This document shows positions 62,552 through 64,000 of a stretch of DNA of 64,000 bases, piece after piece (within the stretch, counting starts at the first letter, position 1; each line of letters opens with the position of its first letter). The position numbers were made by a program, and so were the translations under genes. The notes under the pieces are model-generated. The model did not search any database. It worked only from the letters and a program-made list of their open reading frames with translations, and was not told the origin of the DNA. Source of the DNA: Piromyces finnis finn (lineage: Eukaryota; Fungi; Neocallimastigomycota); NCBI GenBank assembly GCA_002104945.1, contig MCFH01000049.1, positions 186,001 to 250,000 of the forward strand, in the 5' to 3' direction.

Positions 62552-64000
62552 TAAATTTACAATTTTATATTTAATTTCTTGATTTCTTTTGGTATGGAGC
62601 CAGTTAAATTGTTATAAGATATAGATCTATTTTAAAATAAAAAACATATATAATTTATTAATTATTTTTTATATAATAGTTAAAAAAAAATCATATCAAT
62701 AATAAATATTTTTTTACAAAGTTTTTAATTTTGACAAATTTCCAAGTTCAGATGGTATAGAGCCAGTTAAACTATTATGTGATAAATTTCTTTTAAATAA
62801 CGACGATAATTAATATTATTAATTGAATATTATTTTTAAATAAATACATATTGATATATTAATTGAAAATAATTACAATTTTTTTAAATTATATAAATTT
62901 CCAAGTTCAGGTGGTATTGAATTGCTTAAATGATTTTCAGCTAAATTTCTATTTTTTTTTAGAAAAAAAAAAAATAAAATAAAAATATGACTTAATATTA
63001 AATATTATTAATTATTCTGTTAGAATAAAAAGTATAAGAGTATATAAAAGCAAATACAAATTCTCTAAATTTTTTAAATTTCCAAACTCAGGAGGTATAC
63101 CACCACTCATATTATTTGAATCAATTTCTCTTTAAATATATATATATAATAAATATATATTTTTAATATGTGAAAATTCGCTTTCAGAATAATTAATAAA
63201 ATATGTTAAGAATTGTTTACAAAGAATTTAGCTTCGAAAGTTTTCCGAGTTCAGAAGGTATTGAACCATTAAATTTATTTACAGATAAATCTCTAATTTA
63301 AAATAAAATAATAATAATAATAAATTAATAATTAATAAGTTAATATAAATGTATTATTAAATTAAATATATATTCAAATAATTACAATAATTCTAAATTT
63401 GATAATTTTTCAAGTTCAAGTGGAATAGGACCACTTAATTTATTTGCATTTAAATGTCTATTTCAAATGAAAATTAATAATTAGCAATAATAAAATATAA
63501 TCTTTTTATTTATTATTTCAGATTAGTTACAATGCTTTTAATTTTGATAATTTTCCCAAAGAGGAAGGGATAGTACCGGTTATATTACTAACAACAATTG
63601 ATCTTTTTAAAAAAATACATATATATAATTAATAAAGGTGAATTATATTTTTAATACGACAATATGTATATCTAGACAAACATACAATTCTTCTAAATTA
63701 GATAAGTTTCCAAGTTCTGGTGGTATTGAACCACTTATTCTCTCTCCTTTTATTTGTCTTTTTTTTAAATAAAAAAAAATTATAATAAATTTATATAATA
63801 TTTTCTAATATTTATGTAACAGTAATATTTATTATAATAATTACAGAAATGTTAAATTTGATAAATTCCCAATTTCAGGTGGTATAGGACCAAGTAATTT
63901 TAATGAATCAATATGTCTGTTTCAAATAATATTAAAATGGCCATTAATATATGTATTGATTTTTTTTTCTTTTTTCTTTTCTAATAATAAAAATATTTTA
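62198..64000 (-). CDS. LRR receptor-like protein 13, 5' part outside window (at least 8 LRR exons, cap, TM, AFVNTFED tail)
   Basis: Eight 72-nt exons between about 63.91 and 62.72 kb, then a cap exon. The last exon reads YFSNNPQLKT...LIVVLIVGSVFIILLSVIIYLKVFRKNKKR...GNAFVNTFEDESILSEN*. Confidence 0.85.
62466..62551. repeat. (AAT)n microsatellite in last intron of LRR gene 13
   Basis: About 28 AAT units. Confidence 0.93.

Noticed and set aside
20526-63914. Regularly spaced TTTCCAAGTTCAGG repeats resembling a CRISPR array
   Set aside because: They are the conserved PELGN codons of LRR exons separated by GT-AG introns; no cas genes are present.

Overview
Very AT-rich eukaryotic DNA, most consistent with an anaerobic gut fungus (Neocallimastigomycota). 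The basis is an intronless GH48 with two fungal non-catalytic dockerins, a scaffoldin-like gene and short AT-rich GT-AG introns. Left part: 3' end of a scaffoldin-like gene, a decayed ankyrin-repeat gene, a possible decayed Cys-rich peptide precursor, an intact single-ORF APE/RT non-LTR retrotransposon sitting precisely inside a (TTAGTA)n microsatellite, and cel48A. From about 20 kb to the window end lies a minus-strand tandem array of 13 recognisable genes plus remnants, largely invisible to the ORF track. They encode signal peptide + Cys N-cap + plant-type 24-aa leucine-rich repeats, with each repeat usually on its own 72-nt phase-2 exon (about 115 LRR exons by hand count). Twelve end in a TM helix and a short tail, most carrying one of two conserved motifs (receptor-like proteins). 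One ends instead in a hevein/CBM18 chitin-binding domain. The array shows repeat-number variation, a probable gene-conversion tract, an internal 7-exon duplication and pseudogenes. Inside it are a SINE-like element and a truncated copy sharing a 44-nt, covarying stem-loop block with the LINE 3' end. All gene models, counts and translations were made by eye; internal exon coordinates may be off by a few nt. No database searches were run.
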